64,000 nucleotides of DNA from an uncultured delta proteobacterium (lineage in GTDB: Bacteria; Myxococcota_A; UBA9160; UBA4427): contig CAWGJT010000005.1 in the NCBI GenBank assembly GCA_963822965.1, positions 448,001 through 512,000 on the forward strand, written 5' to 3'. A program made the position numbers and the translations under genes. Positions 1 through 11,749 of the stretch are shown one piece after another. Under the pieces are notes generated by a model that was not told the DNA's origin, made no database searches, and was given only the letters and a program-made list of their open reading frames with translations. The stretch's first letter is position 1. The number at the start of each line of letters is the position of its first letter.

Positions 1-412
1 CGTCGATCTGGTCCTGCAGCTTGCCCTGCTCCTCGAGCAGGGCGTTCATCTCGTCGTCGTCCATGGGCTCGGCGAACTTCGCGCTGATCTCCTCGAACTT
101 CGTCAGCAGCGCCGCGGATCTCGGCGACGCCCTCCTCGACGTTGCCGAGCACGGTCTTGCTCGGGTCGAGCTGCGGGCTCCTGGGCGAGGTAGCCGATCT
201 TGAGCCCCGCCTGGGGCTTCGCCTCGCCGAGGAACTCGCGTGTCGACGCCGGCCATGATCTTGAGGAGCGAGCTCTTGCCGGCGCCGTTGGCGCCGAGGA
301 CGCCGATCTTCGCGCCCGGGAAGAACGAGAGGCTGATGCCGTCGAGGATCACGCGACCCTCGCCGACCACCTTCCGGAGATCCTGCATGGTGAAGACGAA
401 CTGATGCGCCAC
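1..412 (-). CDS. ettA: Energy-dependent translational throttle protein EttA (ABC-F ATPase), 5' part; runs off window edge; contains apparent indels
   Basis: Manual minus-strand translation from GTG at 412: VAHQFVFTMQDLRKVVGEGRVILDGISLSFFPGAKIGVLGANGAGKSSLLKIMAG...KIGYLAQEP.LDPSKTVLGNVEEG, the typical EttA N-terminus with Walker A. Confidence 0.9.
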   Translation of the reverse strand, partial: MAHQFVFTMQDLRKVVGEGRVILDGISLSFFPGAKIGVLGANGAGKSSLLKIMAGVDTRVPRRGEAPGGAQDRLPRPGARSSTRARPCSATSRRASPRSAALLTKFEEISAKFAEPMDDDEMNALLEEQGKLQDQID

Positions 413-551
413 GGCCTGCCTCGCTCGACCGGCTACCCGGCCGGCCGGCTCTGCCGGGACCGGGACCTGGACGGCTCTGGGAATTGGGGTCGGGGTGGCA
501 TGCACCCCGCGAAGGCCGGATTCTACCGATCCGCGCGCCGAGCGCCTAGTG

Positions 552-1503
552 TCACTGTCGGCCCGCTCGCGAGTCGTTCCGAAGCCGCTCGATCAGGCTC
601 GAGGTGTCGAGGCGTCCGCCTCCCTGCTGCTGCAGCTCGGCGTAGAAGCGGTCGACGAGCTCGGCCACCGGCAGGGCGAGCGCCGATGCGCTGCGGCCTC
701 GGCGAGGGCGATGGCCAGATCCTTGCGCATCCAGTCCACCGCGAAGCCGAAGTCGAAGCGACCGGCCAGCATGGTCTCCGGCGCGGTTGTCCATCTGCCA
801 CGACTGGGCCGCGCCCTGGGAGATCACCTCCACCACCCGGCCGGCGTCGAGGCCCGCGCGCTCGGCGAAGTGGAGGCCCTCGGCGAGCGCCTCGAGCAGG
901 CCCGCGATGCAGATCTGGTTCACGGCCTTCGTGAGCTGGCCCGAGCCGGCGGGACCCATCAGCAGGTGCTTGCGCGCATAGCAGTCGAGGAGCGGGGCGA
1001 CCTCGCGGTAGACGCCCGGCTCGCCGCCGACCATCACCGTGAGGGCTGCCCTTCTCGGCGCCGGCCTGGCCCGCCGGACACCGGCGCGTCCAGGAAGCCG
1101 AGCTCCCCGCGTCGGCCGCCTGCGTGCGCGATCTCCCGCGCGATCGCCGGCGAGGCCGTGGTGTGGTCGACCAGCACGGCGCCCGGGCGCCATGCCCGCG
1201 AGCGCCCCGGCGCCGCCAGACCTTCGCCCAGAACGACGTCCGCAGGTCGTCGTCGTTGCCGGTGCACACGAAGACCACCTCGGCGCCCCGGGCGGCCTGC
1301 CTCGGGTCGTCGTCGGCCCCGCGGCCGAAGCCGTTCCCGTCCCCGCGGCGAAGCCGGCTCCGTGCTCGTCCAGCCAGGCCTCCGCCCGGGAGCGCGTGCG
1401 GTTGTAGACCGACACCCGATGTCCCGCGCGCGCCAGATGCCCCGCCATCGGGTAGCCCATCACGCCGAGACACAGGAACGCGACGGGAGCGACCGGAGTC
1501 CAT
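552..1503 (-). CDS. NAD(P)-dependent oxidoreductase, 3-hydroxyisobutyrate dehydrogenase family (frameshifted)
   Basis: Pieces across frames: LGVMGYPMAGHLARAGHRVSVYNRT, FLDAPVSGG, GPAGSGQLTKAVNQI, AAQSWQMDNR. Confidence 0.85.
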
Positions 1504-1523
1504 CGTTCGCCGCGGGCCGACGG

Positions 1524-4500
1524 CTACCGGGCCGCCGGGCCCGGCAGCCCGGCGACGGACCCGACGGGCTCGGCTTCGGAGACGGGCAGCCCGTCGCGGT
1601 ACACCACCTGTCGGGTCCGGATCGCCGGAATGCGCGGCCCGTCCGTCAGGATGCCCGACGAGGTTCAGGGGATCGCACCGCCGACAGCCGCACGACCTCG
1701 CCCTTGCGCTCGCTCCGGCGCACCCGCCGCAGGGACGCCACGGCCTCGGGCAGAGCGAACTGCTCGCCCACGAAGCCCGAGACGAAGCGCCCGCCGCGGA
1801 TCACGCCGCGCGCCTCCATGCGACGCAGCGCCCACAGCAGCTCGCGCCAGGGCACGCCCAGGGACTCACGCGCCAGCACGTCGTAGAAGACGACGCCCCA
1901 GCGCGCGAGGAGCTGCTCGGCCACCGCCTCCGCGAGCTCGTCCGGGTCGTCCGCGACCGCGCCGGCCGGAGCCTGCGCGATCTGGGGAAACAGCGACCAG
2001 CGCCCCTCGGCGCCGGCTCCTGCAGCCCCGCCGATGCCCCGACGCAGGCCGCGGCGCGCGCGCCTCCGCACGCGGGTTCGCGCCCAGCGCTCCCGCGCGC
2101 CGAGCAGGGAGCGCACGGCCTGGAAGCCGTCCGCCGTGACGAGGCCGCGGGACACGAGATCCCACAGCCCCTCTTCCACCTCCACCGGCAGTCGCTCGAG
2201 CAGGGCCACCAGGTCCGAGTGGAAGAGCGCACCCCGCTCGCGCAGGCGCGCGAGCACGTCGGCGGCGGCCCCGGGACCGGGCTCGCCGCGGTGGCACCGC
2301 CGCGCCAGGCCTCGAGCAGCCACGGCAGGTCGGCGCGCAGGCTGAACGCGACGGGCGTGGCGCGCGAGGGCACCGCCCCGCCGCGCGAGGCGGCGACGGC
2401 GCCCTCTTCTCCGGTCTCCGGGGCGTCCCGTTCTCCGGCCTCCGGGGCGTCCCGCGCTTCGCGGACGTCCCGCGCTCGCAGCGAGAGCCGACCCCACACC
2501 ACGTCGCCCGCGAGGCACAGCGCGTCCAGGGCACTCGGCCGATAGCCCGCAGACCCGTGCCGGCAGCACGCTCTCCTCCCACGCGCCCGCGGCCAGCTCG
2601 AAGCCCTGGAGCTGCTCGATCACGGCGAGCACCCCCTGTGCTCCCTTCCATCTGGGTGTCCGGCGTGACGTGCTGCCAGCGCAGCAGGAAGCGCATGAAG
2701 TCCTGTGCGGTGACCGGCTCGATCTCCCGGCGCAGGCGATCCTGGGTGTAGGCGTGGATGCGCGCCAGCAGCCGGCGGGCGCAGAACTCCTCGGATGGTC
2801 CGCCTCCTCTTCCGGGACCTTTCCCGGGGCCGGCGCGCCCTGCCCCGCATCCTCCGGCGCCTCTCCTGCGGCCAGCGGGGCTTCTCCAGCGGCCGGCTCG
2901 GCTTCTCCGGCGGTCGAGAGCGCGCTGAAGCGGCCGCGCAGCGCGAAGCCCTCCGCCTCGAGCGCCGCCAGCGCGATCTCGAGGGTCGCGCGCCGGAAGC
3001 CCGGTGCGCCCGGCGAGGTCGCGGGCGGTGACGGGACCCGACGCGTCGAGATGCCCGCGCACGACGGCGACCGCCGCGTCTTCCGAGCGACACCGGAGCG
3101 AGCTCGATCCCCGGCTCCGGCGGGTGGAGCGCGGCGTCGGGGAACAGCGCCCGCACGCCGGCGAAGCGCTCGATGGCGAACCACAGGCGCCGGCCCGCGG
3201 CCGGCCTCGAGCCAGCCCGCGCGCCCGGCGGCGACCAGCGACTCCAGCCAGGCGGCCGCCTCGCCCGGGCTCGACCAGGCCCTCGGCGCACAGCACCCCG
3301 TGCGCCTAGCAGCAGGTCGTGCAGCTCGTCCGCGTCCCGCGGACGCGGGCGGCTCTCGTCCCGCACCCGCGCGATGGCGTCGGGATCGAGGCGGGCCAGG
3401 TCGCGAGCCTCCACCGGCAGTCCCCGCCGCAGCTTCACCGCCCGGGTGCGGCGCTCCTCCAGCGGCGCGTCGTCGAGGAACGTGTAGGGCCGCCCGCTCA
3501 GGATCTCGTGGGAGAGCGGCGACGGCTCGGTGGTGTCGACGAAGTGCACCGCCACCTCGCCCGCCTCGATGTCCGCCAGCAGCCGCTGCAGCCGATCCGC
3601 GTCCATCCCCTCGTCGAGGCAGTCGCGCAGGGTCTGCCGCACCAGCGGGTGGTCGGGAATCTCGACGCGGGCCGGCGGCGTTCTCCTGGCAGGCGACCAG
3701 CGCCGGGAAGACCGCGGCCATCAGGTCGTCGGCCTCCATGCGCTGGATCTGCGGCGGGTTGCGGCGCCCGCCCCGGAAGCGCAGCACCGCCAGCGAGCGA
3801 TTCAGGTTCCAGCGCCAGCGCGCGGCGAACATGGGCGACTGCAGCACCGCCTTGCGCAGCGTCTCGTGCACGCTCTGCGACTTCAGGAAGCGCGCGGCGC
3901 TCTCCAGCGGGAAGCTGTGCTGCGGCCCGAGGGAGAGCACGATGGCGTCGTCGTTGGCGGCCGCCTGGAGCTCGAAGTCGAAGCTGGCGCAGAACTTCTT
4001 GCGCAGGCCGAGCCCGAGGCCGCGGTTCACGCGACCGCCGAAGGGCGAGTGCACCACGAGCTGCATGCCGCCCGACTCGTCGAAGAAGCGCTCGAAGACG
4101 AGCCGCCGCTGGGTGGGCAGCGCCCCCAGCGCCGTCCGGGCCGCCGCGAGGTAGGCGACGATCTGGACGGCGGCCTCCGGCGGCACCCGGCACTCGTGCT
4201 CGAGGAAGGCGCGACGCGCCCGCCTCGTCGTCCTGCTCGAGAAGGCGTTCGACCCGCTCGCGCAGGACGGAGACCTCGTTCGAGAGCTCCTCGGTGCGAG
4301 CCGGCGCCTCGCCCACCCAGAAGGGCACGGTCGAGGGCGCGCCCTGGGCGTCCACCACGCGCACGACCCCGGACTCCACCCGGCGGATGCGCCAGGACGT
4401 GCTGCCCAGCAGGAAGATGTCGCCCACCATCGACTCGATGGCGAAGTCCTCGCCGACGCGTGCCGATGAAGGTGTCGTCGTTGCCCGCCAGCACCCGGTA

Positions 4501-6150
4501 GTCGGCGGTCTCGGGAATCGCGCCGCCGGACGTGATGGCCGCGATGCGCGCGCCCGCGGCGACCGCGCAGCACGCCGTTCACCCGGTCGCGGTGCAGGTA
4601 GGCGGCCCGCCGTCCGCGGCCGGTGGTGATGCCCTCGGCGAGCAGCTCCACCACGTCGTCGAAGTCCCGGCGCGTGAGGCTCGCGAAGGGCGCGGCGCGA
4701 CGCACCAGCGCGTACAGCGTCGTCCTCGCTCCACGCCTCGGCCGCGCAGGCCGCCACGATCTGCTGGGCCAGGATGTCGAGCGGCGCCACCGGCGGGTGC
4801 AGCGCGTCGAGGCGTCCCGAGGCCCACGCCGCGCAGCAGCGCCGCGCACTCCACCAGCTCGTCGCGGGTGAGGGGATAGAGGCGCCCCTTCGGAATGCCG
4901 CCCAGGAAGTGACCCGAGCGGCCCACGCGCTGGATGAAGGTGGCGAGGCTGCGGGGCGAGCCGATCTGGCACACCAGCTCCACCGGCCCGATGTCGATGC
5001 CCAGCTCGAGGGACGCGGTGGCGACCAGCGCCCGCAGCTCCCCGGCCCGCAGCTGGCTCTCCACCCGCAGCCGGCGCTCCCGCGACAGGCTCCCGTGATG
5101 GGCGGCCACGCCCTCCTCGCCGAGGCGCTCCCCCAGCTCCCGGGCCAGCCGTTCGGCGAGTGCGTCGCGTGTTCACGAACACCAGGGTGGTGTGGTGGGA
5201 CCTCACGTGCTCCGCGATGGCGTCGAGCACCTCGCCGACCTGCTCGCTCGAGGCCACCGCCTCGAGCTCGCCCGCCGGCAGCTCGATGGCGAGGTCGAGC
5301 TGGCGCTGGTGCCCCTCGTCGACCACCACGCAGCGCGGCGTGCCGTCGGCCTCGGAGCGCTCGGGGCCGGCGCCGACCAGCAGCCGCGACACCGTCTCGA
5401 TCGGGACGCTGGGTGGCGGACAGCCCGATGCGCGCGGGGCGCTGGTCGCACAGCGCCTCGAGCCGCTCGAGGGTGAGCGCCAGGTGCGAGCCCCGCTTGT
5501 CGCGCGCGACGGCGTGGATCTCGTCGACGATCACCGTGTGCACGCCGCGCAGCATCTCGCGGCTGCGTTCGGCGGTGACGAGCAGGTAGAGCGACTCGGG
5601 CGTGGTCACCAGCAGATGCGGCGGCTGACGCAGCATGGCGGCGCGATCCTTCGTCGGGGTGTCGCCGCTGCGCAGGGCCACACGCAGCTCCGGGCGCCGG
5701 CAGCGACAGCTCCCGCGCCACCTCGCGGATCTCGGCGAGCGGTCCCTCGAGATTCTGCTGGACGTCGGCCGCCAGGGCCTTGAGGGGCGAGACGTAGACG
5801 ACCTGCACGCCGCCGGCGGCGCCGCGACCGCCCCGGCCCCGGGAAGAGCTCGCGCGCGACACGTCGGCCGGCGCCGCCTCACTCGGGACGTCGGCGAAGA
5901 GTCCTTCCTGCACGCCTCCCCGCTGCGCAGCTCCCGTAGAGAGCCGCGCAGCCTCGGCGGCGAAGATGCGGTCGATGCTCACGAGGAACGCCGAGAGCGT
6001 CTTGCCCGAGCCCGTGGGCGCAGCGATGAGCGTGTCCTGGCCCCGGGCGATGGCGGGCCAGCCCGACCGCTGGGGTGGCGTCGGGCCGGCCGGGAAGCGG
6101 CGCTCGAACCAGGTGCGGATCGCCGGGTGGAAGGAGGACAGGGCGTCCAT
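1524..6150 (-). CDS. lhr: Lhr-family DEAD/DEAH-box ATP-dependent helicase, full-length (~1500 aa), multiple apparent indels
   Basis: [15 protein letters not shown]...[67 protein letters not shown]-terminal [22 protein letters not shown] at 1524-1526. Confidence 0.9.
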
Positions 6151-6279
6151 CGTCTCGAGGAAGCTAGCATGCCGACCCCGCATCCCCGATGCTTGCCGTC
6201 CCCCGCACGTCCTCCTGGTGACAGCTGCTGACAGGGGCGGCACGCCGGCGGGGCGGCGAGAGGGAGCGAGGAGCCCAGC

Positions 6280-7002
6280 GTGGAGATCGTGCTCATCCGC
6301 CACGCCCAGCCGGACTGGGAGCCCGGAGGCCGCGCCGTCGACGACCCCGGCCTCACCCCCCTGGGCCGGGAGCAGGCGAAGCTCGCCGCCGAAGCGCTCT
6401 CCGGCCGACACTTCGACGCGTTGTACGTGAGCCCGCTCCAGCGCACCCGCGAGACCGCGGCCCCCATCGCAGACGCCGTCGGCCTGGAGCCCCGCTTCCA
6501 CTCGTGGCTGCGCGAGCTGAGGCTTCCCACCATGGAAGGCTTCACGGCCGATCAGGTGCAGGCCTTCTTCCGGGAGGCGAACGCGCGGCACCTCGATCTC
6601 TGGTGGGACGGCATGCCCGGAGGCGAGAGCTTCCGGCACTTCTACGAGCGCGTGACCAGCGGCCTCGAGGGACTGCTGCTGGGCGACCACCGGCTGGCCC
6701 TGCACGAGATCTCGGGACACCGGCTGTGGCACCTGCCGGAGGACGTCGGCACGATGGAGCGCATCCTGATCGTCGCCCACGAGGGCACGAACGCGGTGCT
6801 GCTGTCCCATCTCCTGGGGGTGGAGCCGGTTCCCTTCGCGTGGGTGCGCTTCTCGTGCGCCTGGGCGGGCATCAGCGTCGTCCACACCCTCGAGGTGGCG
6901 GGCGGGCGCGTCTGGAGCGTCGAGTCGTTCAATCGCACGGACCACCTGGCTCGCCTGCACCAGCGTCCGGACTGGAAGCGCGACGGGCGCGCCCAGTCTT
7001 GA
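6280..7002 (+). CDS. Histidine phosphatase (phosphoglycerate mutase-like) family protein
   Basis: [28 protein letters not shown] motifs. Confidence 0.85.
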   Translation: MEIVLIRHAQPDWEPGGRAVDDPGLTPLGREQAKLAAEALSGRHFDALYVSPLQRTRETAAPIADAVGLEPRFHSWLRELRLPTMEGFTADQVQAFFREANARHLDLWWDGMPGGESFRHFYERVTSGLEGLLLGDHRLALHEISGHRLWHLPEDVGTMERILIVAHEGTNAVLLSHLLGVEPVPFAWVRFSCAWAGISVVHTLEVAGGRVWSVESFNRTDHLARLHQRPDWKRDGRAQS

Positions 7003-7923
7003 GCGCAGGGCGAGTCGTCTCGCTGCTGCCCTCGGCGACGGAGATCGTGTGCGCCCTGGGCGCCGCGGACCGGCTCGTGGGCCGCTCCCACGAGTGCGAC
7101 CACCCGGCCGAGAATCGCCCGGCTGCCGGCGTGCACCCGCGCGTGCTTCCCGGACGGCAGCAGCCGGGAGATCGACGAGCGGGTGACGGATCGCGTCACC
7201 CGCGGCCTCTCGCTCTACGACGTCGACGTGAGCCTCCTGCGGAGCCTCGCCCCCGACCTCGTCGATCACCCAGGACCAGTGCGCGGTCTGCGCCGTGCAC
7301 CTGTCGGAGGTCGAGGCGGCGCTCGCGAGCTGGGCGGGCGGGGAGGTGGAGCTCGTCTCCCTGGCGCCCCGAGACCCTGGGCGACGTCTTCCGGGACATC
7401 GTGCGGGTCGGGCGAGGCCCTGGGCCTGGCGGATCGCGCCCGGCAGCTCAGCCGCGAGCTGGCGACCCGCGTCTCCGCCGTGGGCGAGAAGACGGGCGAC
7501 GTGGCGAGCCCGCCGTCCGTGGTCTGCCTCGAGTGGATCGACCCGCTCATGGCCGCCGGCAACTGGATGCCCGAGCTGGTGCAGGTCGCGGGCGGGCGCT
7601 GCCGCCTGGCGGAGGCGGGCCGGCGTTCGGCGTCCTTCGCGTGGCCGGCGCTGCACGACGCGGACCCCGACGTCGTGGTGGTGACGGCGTGCGGCTTCGA
7701 CCTCCCCCGCACAAGGCGCGAGACGGCTCCGCTCGGACGCCACCCCGAGTGGCTCCGGCTGCGCGCGGTGCGCGAGGGCCGGGTCTTCCTCACCGACGGA
7801 AACGCCTACTTCAACCGCTCGGGGCCCCGGCTCGTGGAATCCCTGGAGATGCTGGCGGAGATGCTGCACCCGGATCGCTTCTGCTTCGGCCACGAGGATC
7901 GGGGCTGGGTGCGGATGACCTGA
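6999..7923 (+). CDS. Cobalamin-binding / BtuF-like class III substrate-binding protein (frameshifted)
   Basis: [75 protein letters not shown] start overlaps the upstream stop. Confidence 0.85.
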
Positions 7924-8136
7924 CGGCCACGAGGACGCACAGCGGCGCCCCACGACGCCGGGCGGAGGCGCGACCCGAACCCCGGCGGTGCGCGCGGGGT
8001 CCGAGATCCGAGCCAGCGCTGCAGCCCGCGCTCCGCCGATCACCCTCGGGGCTCGTCAGCGCCTGGGTGGAACACTAAGCTCCCCGGTCACGCCCGAGGC
8101 GGGCACGAGCGAGCCAGGCATTCGAAGGAGAACCAT

Positions 8137-8886
8137 TTGGCCGATTCATCCTCTTCCGGGGGCTCCCTGATCGTCGCGGCGATCATCCTGGCCCTGTCCG
8201 TCGTCACCGGCAGCTTCGTTCTCAAGTCGTCCATCGATGAGGGCGGCGCCCAGCTCGCCGCGGTGCTGGGCGAGATGCAGGAGCTGAACGCCCAGCTCGC
8301 CGACGCCGGCGATGCGCCCTCGCCCGCCGCCCGGCCGTCCCGCCCGGCGCGCCCCGACCCGGGCCGCAAGTACGAGGTGACCATCGGCTCGGCCCCCGTG
8401 CGCGGTCCCGACTCGGCGCCGGTCAAGATCGTCGAGTGGTCGGACTTCCAATGCCCCTTCTGCGGTCGCGCGCGACCGACCCTGACCCAGATCGAGAAGG
8501 AGTACGGCGACAAGGTGCAGATCGCCTTCAAGCACATGCCGCTCTCGATGCACACCAAGGCGCGCCCGGCCCACATGGCCGCCGAGGCCGCGCGCCGGCA
8601 GGGCAAGTTCTGGGAGATGCACGACCTGATCTTCGCCGACCAGCGTTCCATGAGCGAAGAGAAGTACCTCGAGTACGCCAAGCAGATCGGGCTCGACGTC
8701 GACCAGTTCAAGAAGGACATGGCCTCGCCCGAGGTGGCGAAGCAGATCGACGCGGACTACGCCCAGGCGACGCAGCTCGGTGTGACGGGAACGCCGGCCT
8801 TCTTCGTGAACGGCCGCTTCCTGTCGGGCGCGCAGCCCTTCGCGAGCTTCAAGGCGCTGATCGATCAGGAGCTGGCGCGGAACTGA
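8137..8886 (+). CDS. DsbA/thioredoxin-fold membrane-anchored oxidoreductase
   Basis: N-terminal TM helix, WSDFQCPFC (CxxC), GVTGTPAFFVNG; AAGGAG SD before the TTG start. Confidence 0.9.
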   Translation: MADSSSSGGSLIVAAIILALSVVTGSFVLKSSIDEGGAQLAAVLGEMQELNAQLADAGDAPSPAARPSRPARPDPGRKYEVTIGSAPVRGPDSAPVKIVEWSDFQCPFCGRARPTLTQIEKEYGDKVQIAFKHMPLSMHTKARPAHMAAEAARRQGKFWEMHDLIFADQRSMSEEKYLEYAKQIGLDVDQFKKDMASPEVAKQIDADYAQATQLGVTGTPAFFVNGRFLSGAQPFASFKALIDQELARN

Positions 8887-9211
8887 GCGGTCCGGCACCG
8901 CGCTGGGCGCAGTCCATCGCGAAGCGGTCTCCGGGCTGAGATCCTCGATGGAAGGCACGGAGTCGGTTTCGCTCGACGCCCGAGTCGAACCGTCGTGCCA
9001 GATTCCCGTGGGAGCCCCGGGCCGGATCCCCTTCCGGGCCCGAGCCGCGAGCCCGTCCGCGCAGGGTTTCCCGCCCGAACGGACACGTTCGTGTGCATCG
9101 ACGCGTCCTCTGGACTCCAGCGCTCGAGAGCGAGCTGGGACGAGGGTCGACACCGAATCGTGGTAGAGTCCTCTGGAAGTCCGGGCGCCAGGGCCTGGAC
9201 GAAGGGCTCGA

Positions 9212-10417
9212 ATGCCGAGGAAGCCGGAAGCCTGGGTCGTCGGAATCGCGCTCCTGCTCGGAGTTGCAGAGGCCCGTGCCGAGAACGTCACCTTCACCAA
9301 GGAGATGACGCTCCAGCCCGGGGGCGTGGTGGTGAGACCCGAGGCCGATGACAGTGGAACCGCCGTCTGCCTGGACGGCAGCTGCCTCGGGGAGATTCGC
9401 GTTCTGTTCCGGATGGAGTTCCTCGATCAGTACCCCGACTTCGTCGACGCGGGCTACGCCCTCATCAACCTCCTCGACCCGGTGGTCATCCAGGGTATCG
9501 GCTACTACGAGGGCAGCGAGCTCACCCCGGCGACCGGGGAGGTCCACGTACCGAACGACCGAACGGGGAGGTTCCACTTCCCGCCGATCCCCAGCGGATG
9601 GATTCCGCCGGCTCCCTCGGTTCGTCTATTCGTCGACTTCGCGGCGGATTCGAGCTTCTGGGACGAGCCCGTCGTTCTGGTGAGCTCGCAGCCGGCCGTG
9701 GGTGGTTGCTGCGGCTGGGTCGCGAACTTCGCATCGGTGGGGCGCGTCCCCGAGCTGTTCACGGACTCGCCGGGCGTCTTCTGCATTCGGGGGAGCGGGA
9801 ACGGGCTCGATTGGTCGTGGCGTATCGACGGAGGTCCGATCGTCGACGTCGTCGGCCTGCCGCCGACGACCCAGAAGGGGCTGCGCGACGCCTTCGTCAC
9901 GAGCATCGAGGACGCGGAGGTTCCCACACTCGCGATCGCCAGCGGCCCCGGGGACGCGTGCTTCACCGCGGCAGCGTGCTGCAACGGTGACCTCGACGGT
10001 GACGGAACCGTGACTGCGAGCGACTACAGCGATCTGCTGGGCTGCATCCAGACCGAGGGCGGCGCCTGCGCGCAGGCCGATCTGAACTGCGACGGTACGG
10101 CCACGGTTGCAGACGCCGCCATCCTGCTCTGCCAGCTGGGTGCGCCGCCCGATCCCGGGTGCTGCAGCGCGTCCACCCAGTCGGCCTTCCAGCTCCGGGT
10201 AGGGCCCCCGCACGATCCCGCGTGCCTCGTGTCCGGCAATTCGGAGGGGTGTGCCTTCAATCCTGCGATCTTCGAGCAGCGATTCCTCCCGACTTCCCTC
10301 CCGGCTCTGGCGCCGTTCTCACGCGTCGTTCTGATCGCGCTGCTCGCCGCGATCGTGTCGGCTCCGGGCTACGCGGTCTACCGCAGGAGGCGAGCAGCTC
10401 GGATTCGGAGCACCTGA
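9212..10417 (+). CDS. Secreted Cys-rich protein with dockerin-like EF-hand pair and IPTL-CTERM-like C-terminal anchor
   Basis: Signal peptide ending AEARA; GDLDGDGTVTASDYSDLL and ADLNCDGTATVADAAILL repeats; LPALAPFSRVVLIALLAAIV...RRRR tail. Confidence 0.7.
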   Translation: MPRKPEAWVVGIALLLGVAEARAENVTFTKEMTLQPGGVVVRPEADDSGTAVCLDGSCLGEIRVLFRMEFLDQYPDFVDAGYALINLLDPVVIQGIGYYEGSELTPATGEVHVPNDRTGRFHFPPIPSGWIPPAPSVRLFVDFAADSSFWDEPVVLVSSQPAVGGCCGWVANFASVGRVPELFTDSPGVFCIRGSGNGLDWSWRIDGGPIVDVVGLPPTTQKGLRDAFVTSIEDAEVPTLAIASGPGDACFTAAACCNGDLDGDGTVTASDYSDLLGCIQTEGGACAQADLNCDGTATVADAAILLCQLGAPPDPGCCSASTQSAFQLRVGPPHDPACLVSGNSEGCAFNPAIFEQRFLPTSLPALAPFSRVVLIALLAAIVSAPGYAVYRRRRAARIRST

Positions 10418-10657
10418 GCACCGCCGCGATCGTCGTGGCCGCATCCGACGTCCGCCACGCGGACGCCCGCGCGCAGATTCCGGACAATCGACCGCGCGTC
10501 CGCTCTTCACAGGGCACACGGCAGCATGCAGGCTCATCCCGCCGTACCGGGGCACCCGAGGCGGCCCGTCGGGATCTCCCGCGATTCTCCGCACTCGCAG
10601 ACTGGATGGCGCAGCTTCGTGGCTCCCGTGCGCGGTGCTGCGCGGCAGCGCGGCACG

Positions 10658-11689
10658 TCAGTCCTTCGGGTCGTCGCGCAGGCCCAGGTGGCGCTCGACG
10701 GCGCGCAGGCGCTTCACCAGCTCGGGCAGCTTCGCGAAGACCGCGGTGGAGCGAAACCAGCGTCGCTCCTCGAGCTGCGGCGTCCCCCACACGCGCGTGC
10801 CGGGGGCAACGTCGCTGTGCACGGCGGCCCGTCCGCCCACGAAGGCGCCCTCCCCCACCGTCAGGTGACCCGCGAGCGCCGACTGCCCCATCATGACGAC
10901 GCGCCGCTCGACGACGGAGCTGCCGGCCATGCCGGCCTGGGCGGCCACCAGCACGTGCTCTCCCAGCTCGCAGTTGTGTCCCACCATCACGAGGTTGTCG
11001 ATCTTCGTGCCCCGGCCGATGCGCGTATCGCCGAAGAGCGAGCGGTCCACGGTGCTGTTCGCGCCGATCTCGACGTCGTCCTCGACGAGCACGCCGCCGG
11101 TGTGGGGAACGTGCGCCCAGCCGCCCCTGCTCGTCGAACACGTAGCCGAAGCCGTCGGCCCCGAGCACCACGCCGGGCTGGAGCACCACGCGATCGCCGA
11201 GGCGGGTGCCCTCGCGAAGCACGCAGCGGGCGTGGAGCGTGCAGCCGGCGCCCACGACGACGTCCGTCATACAGGGTGACGCCCGGGTGCAGAACGCTGC
11301 CTGCGCCGATCGCGCGCACGGGCCCCGACGCTGCAGTGGGGCGCCCACCGGAGGCGGTCGGGTCGACGAACGCGCTCGCGTCGACGCGGGCGCTCGCGTC
11401 CACGCCTGGCGCGGCGCGCGCGACCGGGTGCAGCAGGGCGACCGCCCGGGCGAAGTGGAGTCCGGGATTCTCGGAGCGGATCACGGGCCGGTCGTCGATC
11501 TCGACCCCTGCCGGCGCGATCACCGCGCCGATGCGCGAGCGACGCAGGTCGGCCAGCGTGCTTCTCCGAGCGCAGGAACCCCAGCGCGTCGGGTCCGCCC
11601 GCTAGCAGCGAGCCGACCCGCTCGACCCGTTTGGCGCCGTCCCCCTCGAAGGGGCGATCGAGGCTCGCCGCGAGATCCCGGACACGCAT
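10658..11689 (-). CDS. lpxD: UDP-3-O-(3-hydroxyacyl)glucosamine N-acyltransferase LpxD (frameshifted)
   Basis: Hexapeptide repeats; GVVLGADGFGY, DDVEIGANSTVDR, GTKIDNLVMVGHNC, AGMAGS, GHLTVG. Confidence 0.92.
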
Positions 11690-11749
11690 CGACTCCGGAT
11701 GATACGCGACTTGCCGCCGCCCCCGGCTCTGGCCAGGAGCCCGACCCAG

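Noticed and set aside
8887..9211. Long non-coding flanks of the dockerin-like gene (also 10418-10657) as ncRNA, riboswitch or att sites
   Set aside because: I found no recognisable RNA motif, direct repeat or integrase; only a possible extended -10 (TGGTAGAGT).
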